DNA of 64,000 nt from an uncultured Prevotellaceae bacterium (GTDB lineage: Bacteria; Bacteroidota; Bacteroidia; Bacteroidales; UBA3663), in assembly GCA_964567855.1 (NCBI GenBank), contig CAZMOE010000010.1:7531-71530 (forward strand). Reading direction: 5' to 3'. The notes beneath the pieces are model-generated. The model saw only the letters and a list, made by a program, of their open reading frames with translations. It had not been told where the DNA came from and made no database searches. Position 1 is the first letter of the stretch. Every line of letters begins with the position of its first letter. Positions 8,035 to 18,614 of this stretch are shown here, piece after piece. Both the position numbers and the translations under genes were made by a program.

Positions 8035-9549
8035 ATGAAATTTCGTTTTACGTATAGCCGCTTTTTCGTTCTGTTTTGGGCGGGGATGACGGTATTTTTC
8101 CCATTTTTTGTTTTTCAGGCCGCCGGCCGTTCCGGTGTGACCGTACGGGAAGAGAACTCTCGGCCGCTTCCTGTATATTTCTTGCAATGGCTGGGCAGTG
8201 ACGCATTGCGCCATGCTTCTGTCGGGTTGGATGTTGCGGTGTTGCATCCCGGCGGCACCGTTGAAATCCTATATTCACATCAGCCGCATTGTCTGTTGAC
8301 ACCGGCCTCGACAATGAAACTGGTAACTACATCGGCGGCTCTGCGGATCTGTGGCGGTGGGGCTGAGGTAAAGACCGAGGTCGGGATTACCGGCAAGGTG
8401 AATACCGCTTCCGGGTGTCTGGAGGGGGATATCGTCTTGCGTGGTTATGGAGATGCAACTCTGGCTTCCGCTTATGACGAACGTCCGGCCACGGCATTTG
8501 CAGACAGCGTCGTCGCCGTGCTGCGGCGGATGGGAGTGAGGCGTGTGGCAGGTCGGATTGTCGGTGATGGCAGCCTTTTGCCGGATCCGGCGGTTTCTCC
8601 GGGCTGGACGTGGGAGGATCTGGGCAACTATTATGCCGCCGGACTTTTTGGCCTCAACTATGCCGTCAACACTTATTCCGTCATACTGGATACTTCCCGT
8701 CCCAACTGTCAGCCGCAGGTCATCTCCATCGAACCGGTTGTCGCCGGCCTGACCGTGGAAAACCGTTTGTCGTCTGTGCCTTGTACTTTTGACAGCGCCT
8801 ATCTTTACGGTATGCCCCGTTGCGGCCGTCGCATTCTTGACGGAGCCGTTCCCCATGGCGAACGTACCTTTTCCGTCAAGGGAGATATTCCCGATCCTCC
8901 GCTGTTTGCCGCTCAGCAGATTACGACGGCCCTCGAAAAGGCCGGTATTGCCGTTCAAGGCGCTCCGGCAAGCGACGGCACCTTACTTGATGCCGGTTCC
9001 GGCGTTCCGGTTTCCGTCCGGACGATTTATATACACCGTTCGGCTCCGCTGCGGACAATCGCACGCCATACCAACGTCGTCAGCCAGAATCTGCTGGCCG
9101 AGATGTTGCTGCGTCAGATCGCGTTAAGTCGTGGCGAGGCATCGCAGAGGGCTGCACTGCAGGCCGTGACGGCATATTGGGGCGACCGCGGGCTGGATGT
9201 CTCCGGCCTGCAGATGTATGATGGTTGCGGACTATCCCCTTATGACCGGCTGACCGCCCGCTTTCTGACCTGTCTGCTTGCCGTTTCGCAGGCGGATGAA
9301 GATTTTCGGGCCTCTTTGCCTGTCGCCGGACGTTCCGGGACTGTGCGTAATTTTCTGGCCGGCACTCGTTTGGCCGGTAAGGCGCAGCTGAAGACCGGCA
9401 CCACGAAGCAGGTGCTGGCCTATTCCGGTTATATGGAGGGAAGTGATGGCCGCACATATATTTTTACGCTCATTGTAAATAATTATAGCGGTAGGGCGGC
9501 CTCTCTTCGCAAGCAGGTGGAGTCGTTGGTTTTGCGGCTGATACCGTAG
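8035..9549 (+). CDS. dacB: D-alanyl-D-alanine carboxypeptidase/endopeptidase (PBP4, S13)
   Basis: SxxK (PASTMK), SxN (SQN), DGCGLS and KTG motifs. Confidence 0.93.
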   Translation: MKFRFTYSRFFVLFWAGMTVFFPFFVFQAAGRSGVTVREENSRPLPVYFLQWLGSDALRHASVGLDVAVLHPGGTVEILYSHQPHCLLTPASTMKLVTTSAALRICGGGAEVKTEVGITGKVNTASGCLEGDIVLRGYGDATLASAYDERPATAFADSVVAVLRRMGVRRVAGRIVGDGSLLPDPAVSPGWTWEDLGNYYAAGLFGLNYAVNTYSVILDTSRPNCQPQVISIEPVVAGLTVENRLSSVPCTFDSAYLYGMPRCGRRILDGAVPHGERTFSVKGDIPDPPLFAAQQITTALEKAGIAVQGAPASDGTLLDAGSGVPVSVRTIYIHRSAPLRTIARHTNVVSQNLLAEMLLRQIALSRGEASQRAALQAVTAYWGDRGLDVSGLQMYDGCGLSPYDRLTARFLTCLLAVSQADEDFRASLPVAGRSGTVRNFLAGTRLAGKAQLKTGTTKQVLAYSGYMEGSDGRTYIFTLIVNNYSGRAASLRKQVESLVLRLIP

Positions 9550-9730
9550 GCTTTTGTCTGCCGGATTTCAGTTGTGGCTGATGGATGAAAAATTTTACAG
9601 CGGCGTGCCGGAAATATCGTAACGATGCAATCCCGGACTTTTCGTGCCCTTGGCAGGGCATATAATCGGACCGTTGAAAGATTATTTCGATATATCGGCG
9701 TGAAAACCGTTGGATTTTAACAAAAAATAC

Positions 9731-9738
9731 TACCTTTG
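9731..9738 (+). promoter_or_regulatory. -7 promoter element of the rsmI operon
   Basis: TACCTTTG about 70 nt upstream of ATG. Confidence 0.6.
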
Positions 9739-9807
9739 CCCGATAAAACTGTGGTCGGCTCATAGGGCGGTGCCGCAGAAACTCACAGAAAGGAAGCAAA
9801 GACAAGC

Positions 9808-10554
9808 ATGAAACTATTTGTAGTGCCGACACCGGTGGGAAATCTGGAAGATATGACATTCCGGGCCGTACGGGTGCTGAAGGAGGCCGATCTGATACTG
9901 GCGGAAGACACCCGTACGAGCAGCGTCCTGCTGAATCATTACGATATCAGGGTGCCGATGCAGAGCCATCATAAATTCAATGAGCATCGCACCTGCGAGG
10001 CTATGGCAGACCGTATTGCCGGAGGGCTTACCGTGGCATTGATATCGGATGCCGGGACACCGGGAATCTCGGATCCGGGCTTTATGCTGGTCCGGGAATG
10101 CGCGCAACGGGGCATCGAGGTCGAATGTCTGCCCGGCGCAACGGCTTTTGTGCCGGCATTGGTGCAGAGTGCACTTCCTTGCGACCGTTTTTGCTTTGAA
10201 GGTTTCCTGCCTCAGAAAAAAGGGCGGGAAAAACGGCTGAAAGCATTGTCGGCAGAGCCCCGTACGTTGATTTTTTATGAATCGCCTTACCGCTTGGTGA
10301 AGGCTTTGCAGCTGATGGCGGATATTTTCGGCAAGGAACGGCCTGCCGCCGTCGTGCGAGAGATTTCCAAACTGCATGCGCAGACTCACCGCGGCACATT
10401 GGAAGAATTGATTGACTATTTTACGGCTACCGAGCCGAAGGGGGAGATCGTCCTGCTTGTAGGGGGAGCTCCTGAACCCGAGAAGAAAGAAAAACGTAAT
10501 AAATATAAAGATTTAAATGTCGAAGAAGATGAAAAAGATGAATTTGAAATGTAA
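9808..10554 (+). CDS. rsmI: 16S rRNA (cytidine1402-2'-O)-methyltransferase
   Basis: VPTPVGNLEDMTFRA, AEDTR, SDAGTPGISDPG, FEGFLP and YESPYR motifs. Confidence 0.97.
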   Translation: MKLFVVPTPVGNLEDMTFRAVRVLKEADLILAEDTRTSSVLLNHYDIRVPMQSHHKFNEHRTCEAMADRIAGGLTVALISDAGTPGISDPGFMLVRECAQRGIEVECLPGATAFVPALVQSALPCDRFCFEGFLPQKKGREKRLKALSAEPRTLIFYESPYRLVKALQLMADIFGKERPAAVVREISKLHAQTHRGTLEELIDYFTATEPKGEIVLLVGGAPEPEKKEKRNKYKDLNVEEDEKDEFEM

Positions 10555-11446
10555 CCCGCTGACAGCCGGAATGCGTGTTGCGGGTAAGTTGTTGTCTGTT
10601 GTGTTGCTGGCATGCTTTGTGCTGACAGGGTGCGACACCCCGTCTACCAAGCAGAAGCTCGCAGAGACCCGGCAGCTGAATGATTCGCTGATGTTGATGA
10701 CTTTGCAGCAGCAGAACGAAATCGCGGAACTGGTGGGCATGTTCGGAGAGGTTTCTTCCAAGCTCGACGAGATCAACGGGGCGATCAGTGTGCAGAATGC
10801 GGAAGACAATCATGATTTGCAGAGCCAGCGCGAGCGTCTGATGAATCGCCTGCAGAACATCCAGCAGCGGATACAGGAAAAGCAGGCCGCTTTGGATAAA
10901 TTGCAGAAGCAGTATTCGGCCGCTTTGGGCCAGAATGCGGAACTGAAGAAGACCATCGACCGCATGCAGCGCGAAATCAACGGTTATATCGCTCAGATCG
11001 GAGAGTATGAGAACCAGCTGCGGCAAAAGAACGAGCAAATCGCCCGGTTGAACATGGACCTTTCTTCTGCTCAGGATTCCATCGACGCTGTCAACAGTCA
11101 GAATCAGGATCATCGGACTGTTTTGGCTGCTCAGGACCGCATGCTCAACAGCGGTTTCTATATCATAGCCACCAAAAAGGAGTTGAAAGATATGGGGCTG
11201 ATCAAGAAAGGCGTTTTTACGGCCGCTAAGCTGAAACCATTGACGTTTGACACATCGGTTTTCCGCCAGATCGATATCAGGGAGGTGACGGAAATTCCGT
11301 TGGGAAGCAAAGATGCGAAAATTCTTTCCGCTATGCCGGAGGGATCTTATGAATTGGTTAAGGATTATGACCGTACACTGAAAATCGTGATTACCGACCC
11401 GGCTTCGTTCTGGAGTATTACACGCTATCTGGTCGTAATGATCTGA
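10517..11446 (+). CDS. Coiled-coil lipoprotein (Cbp1-like); start codon uncertain
   Basis: Lipobox LTGC, long heptad region, C-terminal IDIREVTEIP..FWSITRYLV domain. Confidence 0.7.
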   Translation: MSKKMKKMNLKCNPLTAGMRVAGKLLSVVLLACFVLTGCDTPSTKQKLAETRQLNDSLMLMTLQQQNEIAELVGMFGEVSSKLDEINGAISVQNAEDNHDLQSQRERLMNRLQNIQQRIQEKQAALDKLQKQYSAALGQNAELKKTIDRMQREINGYIAQIGEYENQLRQKNEQIARLNMDLSSAQDSIDAVNSQNQDHRTVLAAQDRMLNSGFYIIATKKELKDMGLIKKGVFTAAKLKPLTFDTSVFRQIDIREVTEIPLGSKDAKILSAMPEGSYELVKDYDRTLKIVITDPASFWSITRYLVVMI

Positions 11447-12243
11447 TGGCGACAGACATTCATGAACAATCCAAAAGAGGCTGTATCTTGCTGACCGATA
11501 TTTTTATTGATTTTGACGATACGATTTATGACACGCACGGCAATGCCGTTCTTGCGCTTCATGAATTGTATGAGGAGTTCGGTTTAGCCCGTTATTTCGA
11601 TACCTACGGGGTGTTTTCCGACCTTTACTGGGAGGCAAATCGTCGTTTGTGGGCGCAGTATGCCCGTGGAGAGATCGAACGGGATGATTTGATCGTCAGG
11701 CGTTTTATGGAACCGTTAAGTCAGGGTCGCAATTACCGCCCGTCGGTTGATGAAGTGTTGCGGATCAGCGATTTCTTTTTAGATTCCTGCTCCGTGAAGC
11801 CTGGATTGGTAGAGGGTGCCCGCGAATTACTGGATACTTTGAGCGGGAGTTTCCGTCTCCACATGGCCAGCAATGGTTTTCATGAGGTGCAGTATCGCAA
11901 GATGAAGAGCGCGGGTGTTGATCATTATTTCGACACGGTGATCCTGTCGGAAGATGCCGGTGCCAACAAGCCGCACAGGCGTTTTTTCGATTATGCTTTT
12001 CGCAAGACGGGGCTGACACCGCAGTCGGTGATCATGATCGGAGATAACATCGAGACCGATATTGCCGGCGCCCGGGATGCGGGTATCCGTCAGATTTATT
12101 TTAACCGTCACCCGTCCGAGCGCCCCGCTTTCCGGCCTACTTATGAGGTTTTCTCTCTGTCGGAAATCCCGGCCATCGTGTTTGCGGAAAGAGAATGTGC
12201 GGCCGGATGCGGAAAGGAAGCCGGGAGAGAAACCTCCCGATGA
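11446..12243 (+). CDS. YjjG-family HAD nucleotidase
   Basis: DFDDT, SNGF, NKP and MIGDNIETDI motifs. Confidence 0.9.
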   Translation: MATDIHEQSKRGCILLTDIFIDFDDTIYDTHGNAVLALHELYEEFGLARYFDTYGVFSDLYWEANRRLWAQYARGEIERDDLIVRRFMEPLSQGRNYRPSVDEVLRISDFFLDSCSVKPGLVEGARELLDTLSGSFRLHMASNGFHEVQYRKMKSAGVDHYFDTVILSEDAGANKPHRRFFDYAFRKTGLTPQSVIMIGDNIETDIAGARDAGIRQIYFNRHPSERPAFRPTYEVFSLSEIPAIVFAERECAAGCGKEAGRETSR

Positions 12244-12280
12244 ATTTTTTATTATGCTTTGATTTATAACGTCTATAACA

Positions 12281-13198
12281 ATGCCATTAAAGTTGCCTAA
12301 AAGGTTGCCGGCCATCGAAGCGCTGAAAGCGGAGAACATTTTCGTGATGGATTCGGAGCGGGCGTCGCAGCAGGATATCCGACCGCTGAAGATCGCTATC
12401 CTCAATTTGATGCCCATCAAGGAACAGACGGAGAATGACCTGATCCGTCTGCTGTCGAACACGCCATTGCAATTGGAAATAGAGTTCATGATGATACCGC
12501 AGCATGTATCAAAGAATACGTCTGCTCTGCACATGCAGGAATTTTATACTCCGTTCGATGAAATGTGCCATCGGAAATATGACGGAATGATCATCACCGG
12601 CGCACCTTTGGAGCAAATGGATTTTGAGGAGGTCAGCTACTGGCGGATCCTGCAGCGGATTTTCAATTGGGCCGCCACTCATGTGACATCTACCATGTAC
12701 ATCTGCTGGGCGGCTCAGGCAGGCCTTTATCATTTCTACGGCGTGCCCAAATATCCGCTTGAAAAGAAGATGTTCGGTATATTCAAACATCGCAGTTACG
12801 ACCCTTCAAACCCTATTTTCCGGGGCTTTGATGACGAATTCTACGTGCCGCACAGCCGGCACAGCGAAATCCGTAGCGAGGACATACAGAAACATCCGGA
12901 ACTGACGATTCTGAGTGAAAGTCGCGAGAGTGGCGTGTATATGGTGGTGGCCCGGGGCGGACGGGAGCTGTTCGTTACCGGACATTCCGAATATTCTCCT
13001 CTCACGCTTGACTCCGAATATAAACGGGACCTCTCCAAGGGGCTGGCCATCGACATGCCGGTCAATTACTATCGGAATAATGATCCGAACGAAAGTCCTT
13101 TGGTCCGTTGGCGTTCGACGGCTAATCTGCTCTTTTCCAATTGGCTGAATTATTATGTCTATCAGCAGACGCCGTTCGACATAGAAGACATTCATTAG
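12281..13198 (+). CDS. metA: Homoserine O-acyltransferase, MetA family (predicted acetyltransferase)
   Basis: QDIRPL.I.ILNLMP, ITGAPLE, ICWAAQ, PHSRH and GHSEY motifs. Confidence 0.96.
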   Translation: MPLKLPKRLPAIEALKAENIFVMDSERASQQDIRPLKIAILNLMPIKEQTENDLIRLLSNTPLQLEIEFMMIPQHVSKNTSALHMQEFYTPFDEMCHRKYDGMIITGAPLEQMDFEEVSYWRILQRIFNWAATHVTSTMYICWAAQAGLYHFYGVPKYPLEKKMFGIFKHRSYDPSNPIFRGFDDEFYVPHSRHSEIRSEDIQKHPELTILSESRESGVYMVVARGGRELFVTGHSEYSPLTLDSEYKRDLSKGLAIDMPVNYYRNNDPNESPLVRWRSTANLLFSNWLNYYVYQQTPFDIEDIH

Positions 13199-13292
13199 GC
13201 CTTCGAGGAAGAAAATAAATGGTTTAGCACTTTTTAAATCTTAATTTCGATTTTTTTTGTGTTAAACTATTGTTGTATTTAACCGTTAAGTG

Positions 13293-13300
13293 TAATTTTG
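13293..13300 (+). promoter_or_regulatory. -7 promoter element of the moxR-bat operon
   Basis: TAATTTTG in an AT-rich intergenic region. Confidence 0.55.
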
Positions 13301-13438
13301 CCCTCGTTTTTAGATAAAAAAAGGCATCAGATTGTTATATGGAAAGAGTTTCTTTGCCGAACTCTCCGACAGTCTTGCTTCCCGAGGTTGAAACATTAAT
13401 ATTATTAAAGCTAACATTAAGAATAAATCATTAATACT

Positions 13439-14434
13439 ATGGGTGAAAGAGTTGATATTCGTGAACTGAATGAACTTATAGAAAGAAAGAGTTCGTTTGT
13501 GAATATGCTGACACAAGGCATGGACCAGGTTATTGTCGGACAGAAACACTTGATAGAATCTTTGCTTATCGGTTTGCTGGCTGACGGACATATTTTACTG
13601 GAAGGTGTTCCGGGTTTGGCCAAGACATTGGCCATTAAGACGCTGGCTTCTCTGATAGATGCGAAATACAGCCGGATTCAGTTTACTCCGGATCTGTTGC
13701 CGGCTGATGTGGTCGGAACGGTGGTCTTTTCTCAGAAACGGGAAGAGTTTTCCGTTAAGAAAGGTCCGGTTTTTGCGAACTTCGTGTTGGCGGATGAAAT
13801 CAACCGGGCACCGGCCAAGGTGCAGTCGGCCCTTCTTGAGGCCATGCAGGAGCGCCAGGTGACCATCGGTTCCGAAACTTTCGATCTTGATAAACCTTTC
13901 CTTGTAATGGCAACTCAGAATCCTATCGAGCAGGAGGGTACCTACCCGTTGCCGGAGGCGCAGTGCGACCGTTTCATGCTGAAAGTAAAGATCGGCTATC
14001 CCAAAAAGGATGAGGAAATGAAGATCGTGGACGGACATCTGCATGGCCTCCGTCAGGATCTCAAACCGGTCATGACTGTCGATGAAATCCTGGAGGCCCG
14101 GCAGGTAGTCAGTCAGGTTTATATTGACGAAAAGATCGAAAAATATATCGTCGACATCGTGTTCGCCACCCGCTATCCTGAAACGTACGGCATGGAGAAT
14201 ATGAAGAACATGATCTCTTACGGTGCATCGCCCCGTGCCTCCATCAATCTTGCTTTGGCGGCCCGCGCTTATGCTTTCCTGAAGCATCGCGGTTATGTGG
14301 TTCCGGAAGATGTCCGCGCCATCTGTCCTGATGTATTGCGCCATCGTATCGGATTGAGTTATGAGGCCGAGGCCAACAACATTTCGACCGAAGAAATCAT
14401 CGCCGAGATATTGAACAAGGTAGAAGTGCCGTAA
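13439..14434 (+). CDS. moxR: MoxR-family AAA+ ATPase
   Basis: GVPGLAKT, RIQFTPDLLPAD, DEINRA and ATQNPIEQEGTYPLPEAQ motifs. Confidence 0.96.
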   Translation: MGERVDIRELNELIERKSSFVNMLTQGMDQVIVGQKHLIESLLIGLLADGHILLEGVPGLAKTLAIKTLASLIDAKYSRIQFTPDLLPADVVGTVVFSQKREEFSVKKGPVFANFVLADEINRAPAKVQSALLEAMQERQVTIGSETFDLDKPFLVMATQNPIEQEGTYPLPEAQCDRFMLKVKIGYPKKDEEMKIVDGHLHGLRQDLKPVMTVDEILEARQVVSQVYIDEKIEKYIVDIVFATRYPETYGMENMKNMISYGASPRASINLALAARAYAFLKHRGYVVPEDVRAICPDVLRHRIGLSYEAEANNISTEEIIAEILNKVEVP

Positions 14435-14540
14435 TGGTTATGGATGAAACGTATGGATGCCGGAACCCGTTTGCCGGTCAACATTCTGCGTTCATGTTTT
14501 TCTGATAAAAATAATCATACCACAACATTCGTAATCGATA

Positions 14541-15413
14541 ATGGATACAACAGAATTGCTGAAACAAGTACGTCGGATAGAGATCAAGTCTCGCGGATTG
14601 AGTCAGAGTATCTTTGCCGGCAGGTATCATGCCGCTTTCAAAGGGCATGGCATGTCCTTTGCCGAGGTACGTGAATATCAGTATGGCGACGATGTCCGTG
14701 ACATAGATTGGAATGTGACGGCGCGACAGAATAAGCCTCATATCAAGATATTTGAGGAAGAGCGTGAGATGACGGTTATGCTGATGATCGATGTGAGCGG
14801 CAGCCGGGAATTCGGAACCGTTTCCAAGACCAAACAGGAGGTGATTACGGAAATTGCAGCTACGATGGCTTTCTCGGCGATACAGAATAATGACAAGATC
14901 GGGGTGGTCTTCTTCTCAGACCGGATTGAAAAATATATTCCACCGCAGAAAGGCAGGAAGCATGTTCTTGCCATCATCAGCGAATTGATCAAATTCCAGC
15001 CGGTGCGGCGCGGAACGGACCTCGGACAGGCCATCCGCTACGTCAGCAATGCCCAGAAGAAGCGCTGTACCGCGTTTTTGATTTCTGATTTTATCGACAG
15101 CAAAAATTTTGAGCAACCGCTGACCATTGCCGGCTCCAAACACGATATGGTAGCCGTTCAGGTCTATGATCCTCGTGAGGTCGAGTTGCCGAATGTCGGT
15201 CTGATGAAAGTTTGTGATGCTGAAACCGGTCAGGAACGCTGGATCGATACCTCTTCCGCACGTACCCGTCGCGCGTATGCCGACTGGTGGCATAACAATC
15301 AGGCAAATATCCGGACGATTTTTAACAAAAGCCGGGTTGACTTTGTCAGCATTGCCACCGAACAGGATTATGTTCCTGCATTGATGGGCCTATTTGAAAA
15401 GCGAGGCAGCTGA
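14541..15413 (+). CDS. DUF58 domain (VWA-like) protein
   Basis: EVREYQYGDDVRDIDWNVTAR and DVSGS motifs. Confidence 0.93.
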   Translation: MDTTELLKQVRRIEIKSRGLSQSIFAGRYHAAFKGHGMSFAEVREYQYGDDVRDIDWNVTARQNKPHIKIFEEEREMTVMLMIDVSGSREFGTVSKTKQEVITEIAATMAFSAIQNNDKIGVVFFSDRIEKYIPPQKGRKHVLAIISELIKFQPVRRGTDLGQAIRYVSNAQKKRCTAFLISDFIDSKNFEQPLTIAGSKHDMVAVQVYDPREVELPNVGLMKVCDAETGQERWIDTSSARTRRAYADWWHNNQANIRTIFNKSRVDFVSIATEQDYVPALMGLFEKRGS

Positions 15414-15474
15414 TGGCTTCCTGTTTCGGGGAAAATAGCTTGCCCTTTCGATATGTAATTTAGATTATGGAGAA

Positions 15475-16494
15475 ATGAGATTGATAAAAGTTCTTATTAC
15501 TAGCATTGCGGTTGCCTTATTTTGTTTGCATGCCGCTTTTCTTCATGCGCAGTCTCCTGCGGTCAAGGCGTTTCTTGACTCCACATATGTCATCATCGGT
15601 TCTCCGACGACGATACATCTGGAAGCGACACTCCCGGCCGACCGCCATTTGAAGTTTCCTTCATATCAGCATGGTGCGGCCATTCCTGTATCTGATGATG
15701 CGGAAAGTTTCTTTTTAGAGGTGTCCGGCCAGCCGGTGACGGATACACTGAGTGCCTCGAACGGAATGCTCACATTGCGTCAGGACATTCGCGTATTCGC
15801 TTTTGATTCTGCCAGCCTTTTCATCCCGCCGTTCCCTCTCCTGTTGGACGGCGATACCATTTATACCAATGCTTTAGCATTGAAAGTGGTTGTCCCGTTT
15901 GACGTGGAAGTAGATCCGCAGCGCTATGCCGATATCAAAGCTCCTTTGACTCCGGCTTTTGTTCTGTGGGACTATTCCGGATGGTTCTTTCTTGTTTTAG
16001 GTATTCTGTTGTGTGTGGCCATCGGGTATGGCGGATATCTCTACTATAAGAAGCGCAGTGTGAAAAAGGAAGGGGTTGCCGAACCGGCCGCCGTTGTTTT
16101 GTCTCCCTATGAGGAAGCGATGCAGGCTTTGACCCTTCTTGATGAGAAAAAACTCTGGCAGCAGGGGTTGAACAAGCAGTTCTATACCGAACTGGTCGAC
16201 ATTTTGCGTATCTACATTGAGCGGCGTTTTTACGTTTCAGCCATGGAAAAGACCTCTTATGAGATTCTTACTGAAATGCGCCGGGTAGATGGAGTAACGC
16301 AATCGTCCATGCAAAACCTGAAGCAGGTGCTGACCCTTTCCGATCTCGTAAAGTTCGCCAAATATGTTCCGCTTGCCGATGATAACCATTTGAGTTTTAT
16401 CAATGTCAAAATGTTTATTTCCCAGACGGTAGAAGAGAAGTGCATGGACACCTCGTCCGTAGTGGCTCCCGTAGACGAGCCGGCGGTGGAATAA
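15475..16494 (+). CDS. Bat-operon membrane protein (periplasmic domain plus one TM helix)
   Basis: Signal peptide, TM helix, R.YIE.RF..AMEKT..DLVKFAK; lies between DUF58 and batA. Confidence 0.8.
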   Translation: MRLIKVLITSIAVALFCLHAAFLHAQSPAVKAFLDSTYVIIGSPTTIHLEATLPADRHLKFPSYQHGAAIPVSDDAESFFLEVSGQPVTDTLSASNGMLTLRQDIRVFAFDSASLFIPPFPLLLDGDTIYTNALALKVVVPFDVEVDPQRYADIKAPLTPAFVLWDYSGWFFLVLGILLCVAIGYGGYLYYKKRSVKKEGVAEPAAVVLSPYEEAMQALTLLDEKKLWQQGLNKQFYTELVDILRIYIERRFYVSAMEKTSYEILTEMRRVDGVTQSSMQNLKQVLTLSDLVKFAKYVPLADDNHLSFINVKMFISQTVEEKCMDTSSVVAPVDEPAVE

Positions 16495-16531
16495 GTAACA
16501 CGATCATTCAATAAAAAAACAGGTTGAGAAA

Positions 16532-17524
16532 ATGATATTTGCACATCCTTATTCTTTGTTTCTTTTGATATTGATTCCGCTTGCCGTGGCGTTTTACATA
16601 TGGAGACACAAACGGGCGGAGGCATCTATGCAGATTCCATCGACGCGGCCATTTGCGAATCTTCCACGCTCTTATAAGGAATATCTGCGGCATGTGAATT
16701 TCGTGTTGTCGATGGGTGCGCTGGCATTGGTCGTCGTGGTTCTGGCCCGTCCGCAAAGTACGGACAGCTGGAGCCAAAGCAATACGGAGGGCATCGATAT
16801 CGTATTGTCGCTGGACGTTTCCAATTCTATGCTGACGCCGGATTTCAAGCCGAACCGGGTAGAGGCGGCCAAGGACGTGGCCGGCCGTTTCGTCGCCGGT
16901 CGTCCGAACGACAACATCGGTATGGTTATCTTTGGAAAAGAGAGTTACACAATGTGCCCGATGACCTCTGACCATGCGGTTCTTTCCAATATGTTGCAAT
17001 CGGTTTCCACCGATCTGATCGATGGAACGGCAACGGCCATAGGCGATGGGCTTGTGACCGCTGTCAATCGTATTAAAGACGGAGTGGCCAAGTCGAAGAC
17101 TATCATTCTGCTCACCGACGGAACCAACAATGCCGGTAACGTGGCTCCCCGCGATGCCGCAGAAGTGGCAAAGGCGTTGGGTATCCGGCTCTATACTATC
17201 GGTGTCGGCTCAAGAGGCGAAGTGGAGATGGTCGTAGGTACCGATCCTTTCGGACGGCCTGTCAGGCAACGGGTAAAGGCCGACATCGATGAAGTGACGT
17301 TGAAAGATATGGCGCAGATCACCGGCGGCCGCTATTTCCGGGCTACCGACAAGAACTCTCTGATTTCCATTTTTGAGGAAATCGATCAAATGGAAAAGAC
17401 CAAGATGAGCGTTCGCGAATTTAGCCGTAAAGAGGAGGAATATCTTCCTTACGCTTTGGCCGCGCTCGGCCTTTTGTTACTATATGTATTGTTGCGCAAT
17501 ACGGTTTTGCGCTACATACCGTAA
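16532..17524 (+). CDS. batA: BatA VWA protein
   Basis: N-terminal TMs, LARPQ, MIDAS DVSNS, TAIGDG, LLTDG. Confidence 0.92.
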   Translation: MIFAHPYSLFLLILIPLAVAFYIWRHKRAEASMQIPSTRPFANLPRSYKEYLRHVNFVLSMGALALVVVVLARPQSTDSWSQSNTEGIDIVLSLDVSNSMLTPDFKPNRVEAAKDVAGRFVAGRPNDNIGMVIFGKESYTMCPMTSDHAVLSNMLQSVSTDLIDGTATAIGDGLVTAVNRIKDGVAKSKTIILLTDGTNNAGNVAPRDAAEVAKALGIRLYTIGVGSRGEVEMVVGTDPFGRPVRQRVKADIDEVTLKDMAQITGGRYFRATDKNSLISIFEEIDQMEKTKMSVREFSRKEEEYLPYALAALGLLLLYVLLRNTVLRYIP

Positions 17525-17580
17525 CCGGAGACCTTGAAATTTCAGGATAATTCTATAAAACACAATGCTATCTTTATATA

Positions 17581-18612
17581 ATGGAAAATTTTAGGTTTGC
17601 TAATCCTCAAATGCTATGGCTTCTGCTGCTTGTGGCGGCATTCATAGTCCTATATGTGATGATGCGGTATCTCGGACGGCGAGACTTGCAGCGTTTCGGC
17701 AACATCGCCTTGCTGCGACCGCTCGCACCTGCCGTTTCCGGGGCAAAACTCGGTCTGAAATTCATTTTGCAGATGATTGCATTGGTTTCGCTCATTGTGG
17801 CGGTTGCAAGACCTCAGTTCGGATCGAAACTGGAAACTGTGAAAAAGGAGGGTGTAGAGGTGATGGTATGTCTGGACATTTCCAATTCCATGCTGGCGGA
17901 AGATGTCGCCCCCAACCGACTTCAGAAAGCCAAGCGCATGTTGTCCAAACTCCTCGATCAGATGCAGAATGACAAAGTCGGTCTGATTGTCTTCGCCGGA
18001 GATGCCTTTACGCAATTGCCCATCACGAGCGATTTCGTTTCGGCCAAAATGTTCCTGAGCAGTATAGACCCGAAGATGGTTTCCATTCAGGGTACGGCCA
18101 TAGGTTCAGCCATCAACCTTGCCGTCCGTTCGTTTACACCCAATGAAACGTCCGATAAAACCATTATTATCATTACCGATGGCGAGAATCATGAGGACGA
18201 TGCCACCGGCGCCGCCCGGGCTGCAATGGAGAAAGGCATTAAGGTCAATGTCATCGGTATCGGTTCTCCTGCAGGTTCTCCGGTTCCCGACGGAAGCGGC
18301 AGGGCGGGAAGTTTCCGCAAAGATAAAGACGGCAATACCGTCACCACTCGTCTGAACGAGTCCATGATGCAGGATATCGCTGCAGCCGGACAGGGTATGT
18401 ATGTACGTGCCGACAATACCAATTCAGCACTCAACGCCATGGTCGATGCACTCAAGGGTATGAAAAAGTCGGAACTGGAAAGCCGTATCTATGCTGACTA
18501 CGACGATAAATTTGAATGGTTTATCTGGGTCGCTTTCGTCTGTCTGCTGATCAATGCGTTTCTTCTGGATAGAGCGAATCCTTACCTCAGTAAATTTAAA
18601 TTGTTTGATTGA
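17581..18612 (+). CDS. batB: BatB VWA protein
   Basis: ARPQFG, DISNSM, ITDGENHE. Confidence 0.92.
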   Translation: MENFRFANPQMLWLLLLVAAFIVLYVMMRYLGRRDLQRFGNIALLRPLAPAVSGAKLGLKFILQMIALVSLIVAVARPQFGSKLETVKKEGVEVMVCLDISNSMLAEDVAPNRLQKAKRMLSKLLDQMQNDKVGLIVFAGDAFTQLPITSDFVSAKMFLSSIDPKMVSIQGTAIGSAINLAVRSFTPNETSDKTIIIITDGENHEDDATGAARAAMEKGIKVNVIGIGSPAGSPVPDGSGRAGSFRKDKDGNTVTTRLNESMMQDIAAAGQGMYVRADNTNSALNAMVDALKGMKKSELESRIYADYDDKFEWFIWVAFVCLLINAFLLDRANPYLSKFKLFD

Positions 18613-18614
18613 TT

